Assembly: GCF_001194135.2 (NCBI RefSeq)
Contig: NC_068985.1
Location: 120,025,043 to 120,089,042 of the forward strand
Direction: 5' to 3'
From: Octopus bimaculoides
Taxonomy: Eukaryota
Length of the DNA: 64,000 nucleotides
This document shows, piece by piece, positions 63,673 through 64,000 of the stretch. The position numbers and the translations under genes were made by a program. Positions within the stretch are counted from its first letter, which is position 1. Every line of letters begins with the position of its first letter. A model generated the notes under the pieces. That model saw nothing but the letters and a program-made list of their open reading frames with translations. It was not told where the DNA came from and made no database searches.

Positions 63673-64000
63673 CCTAATATTCAAACAGAGTGCAATGCGT
63701 TACTGCTTATCTAGATTGTTAGTCATATTAGAAGCAAATACTTACCCTCGTACTATAAATAGAAATAAGTTACGCTGACGGACAGAAGGAGAACTTTCGA
63801 AGCCGGTATTACCACATGAATAACATTCAGAAATCTCTGCTTCGCAGTGTTACGGAGCAGCGAGGCCAGTTGCAGATACATTCTACGGGCACGGACGCGC
63901 TGTCAAGCAGGTTTGTGTGAGATGCACGTAGAGCGACGAAAGCGTTCTACATGCAAATGTGCAGTGTCCTAGTATGTTGACTTGTTGTTGAGTTATCTGT

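Larger units (their letters stand above)
1..64000. other. Fragmented assembly: 23 N-runs, mostly bounded by (TA)n or other simple repeats
   Basis: Examples are 6004-6351, 11143-12129, 21839-22722, 31051-31883 and 60249-60928; typical of short-read scaffolds that break at microsatellites. Confidence 0.95.

Noticed and set aside
151-63684. Dozens of ORFs rich in YI, HT, CV, MYVC or X runs
   Set aside because: They are translations of (TA)n, (CA)n, (TACA)n and N-gaps, with no coding signal.

Overview
AT-rich, non-coding eukaryotic DNA from a fragmented short-read assembly, with 23 N-runs that are mostly bounded by microsatellites. The repeat complement points to a coleoid cephalopod, most likely Octopus (inference): tRNA-derived CORE-type SINEs with an internal (TA)/(TG) tract, RTE, R4/Dong and Penelope-like retroelements, mariner/maT/hAT relics, and very dense microsatellites. 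I cannot support any intact host protein-coding exon, true tRNA/rRNA gene or CRISPR array. Almost all ORFs in the supplied track are microsatellite or N-gap artefacts, or frameshifted transposon fragments. The main signal is a Penelope-like element (PLE) system. There are five degenerate PLE RT or GIY-YIG relics from at least two clades, and at least three unrelated families of short non-coding elements carrying minimal type-I hammerhead ribozyme (HHR) folds, most with inverted (fold-back) arms. One family is a composite of a tRNA-Arg-like Pol III head, an (AAT)n tract and a hammerhead-bearing tail. It occurs at 37958-38240 with an intact catalytic core, and as a ~570-bp palindrome at 50596-51163. 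It looks like a SINE or retrozyme mobilised by Penelope-type rather than LINE-type machinery. All alignments and folds were done by eye.
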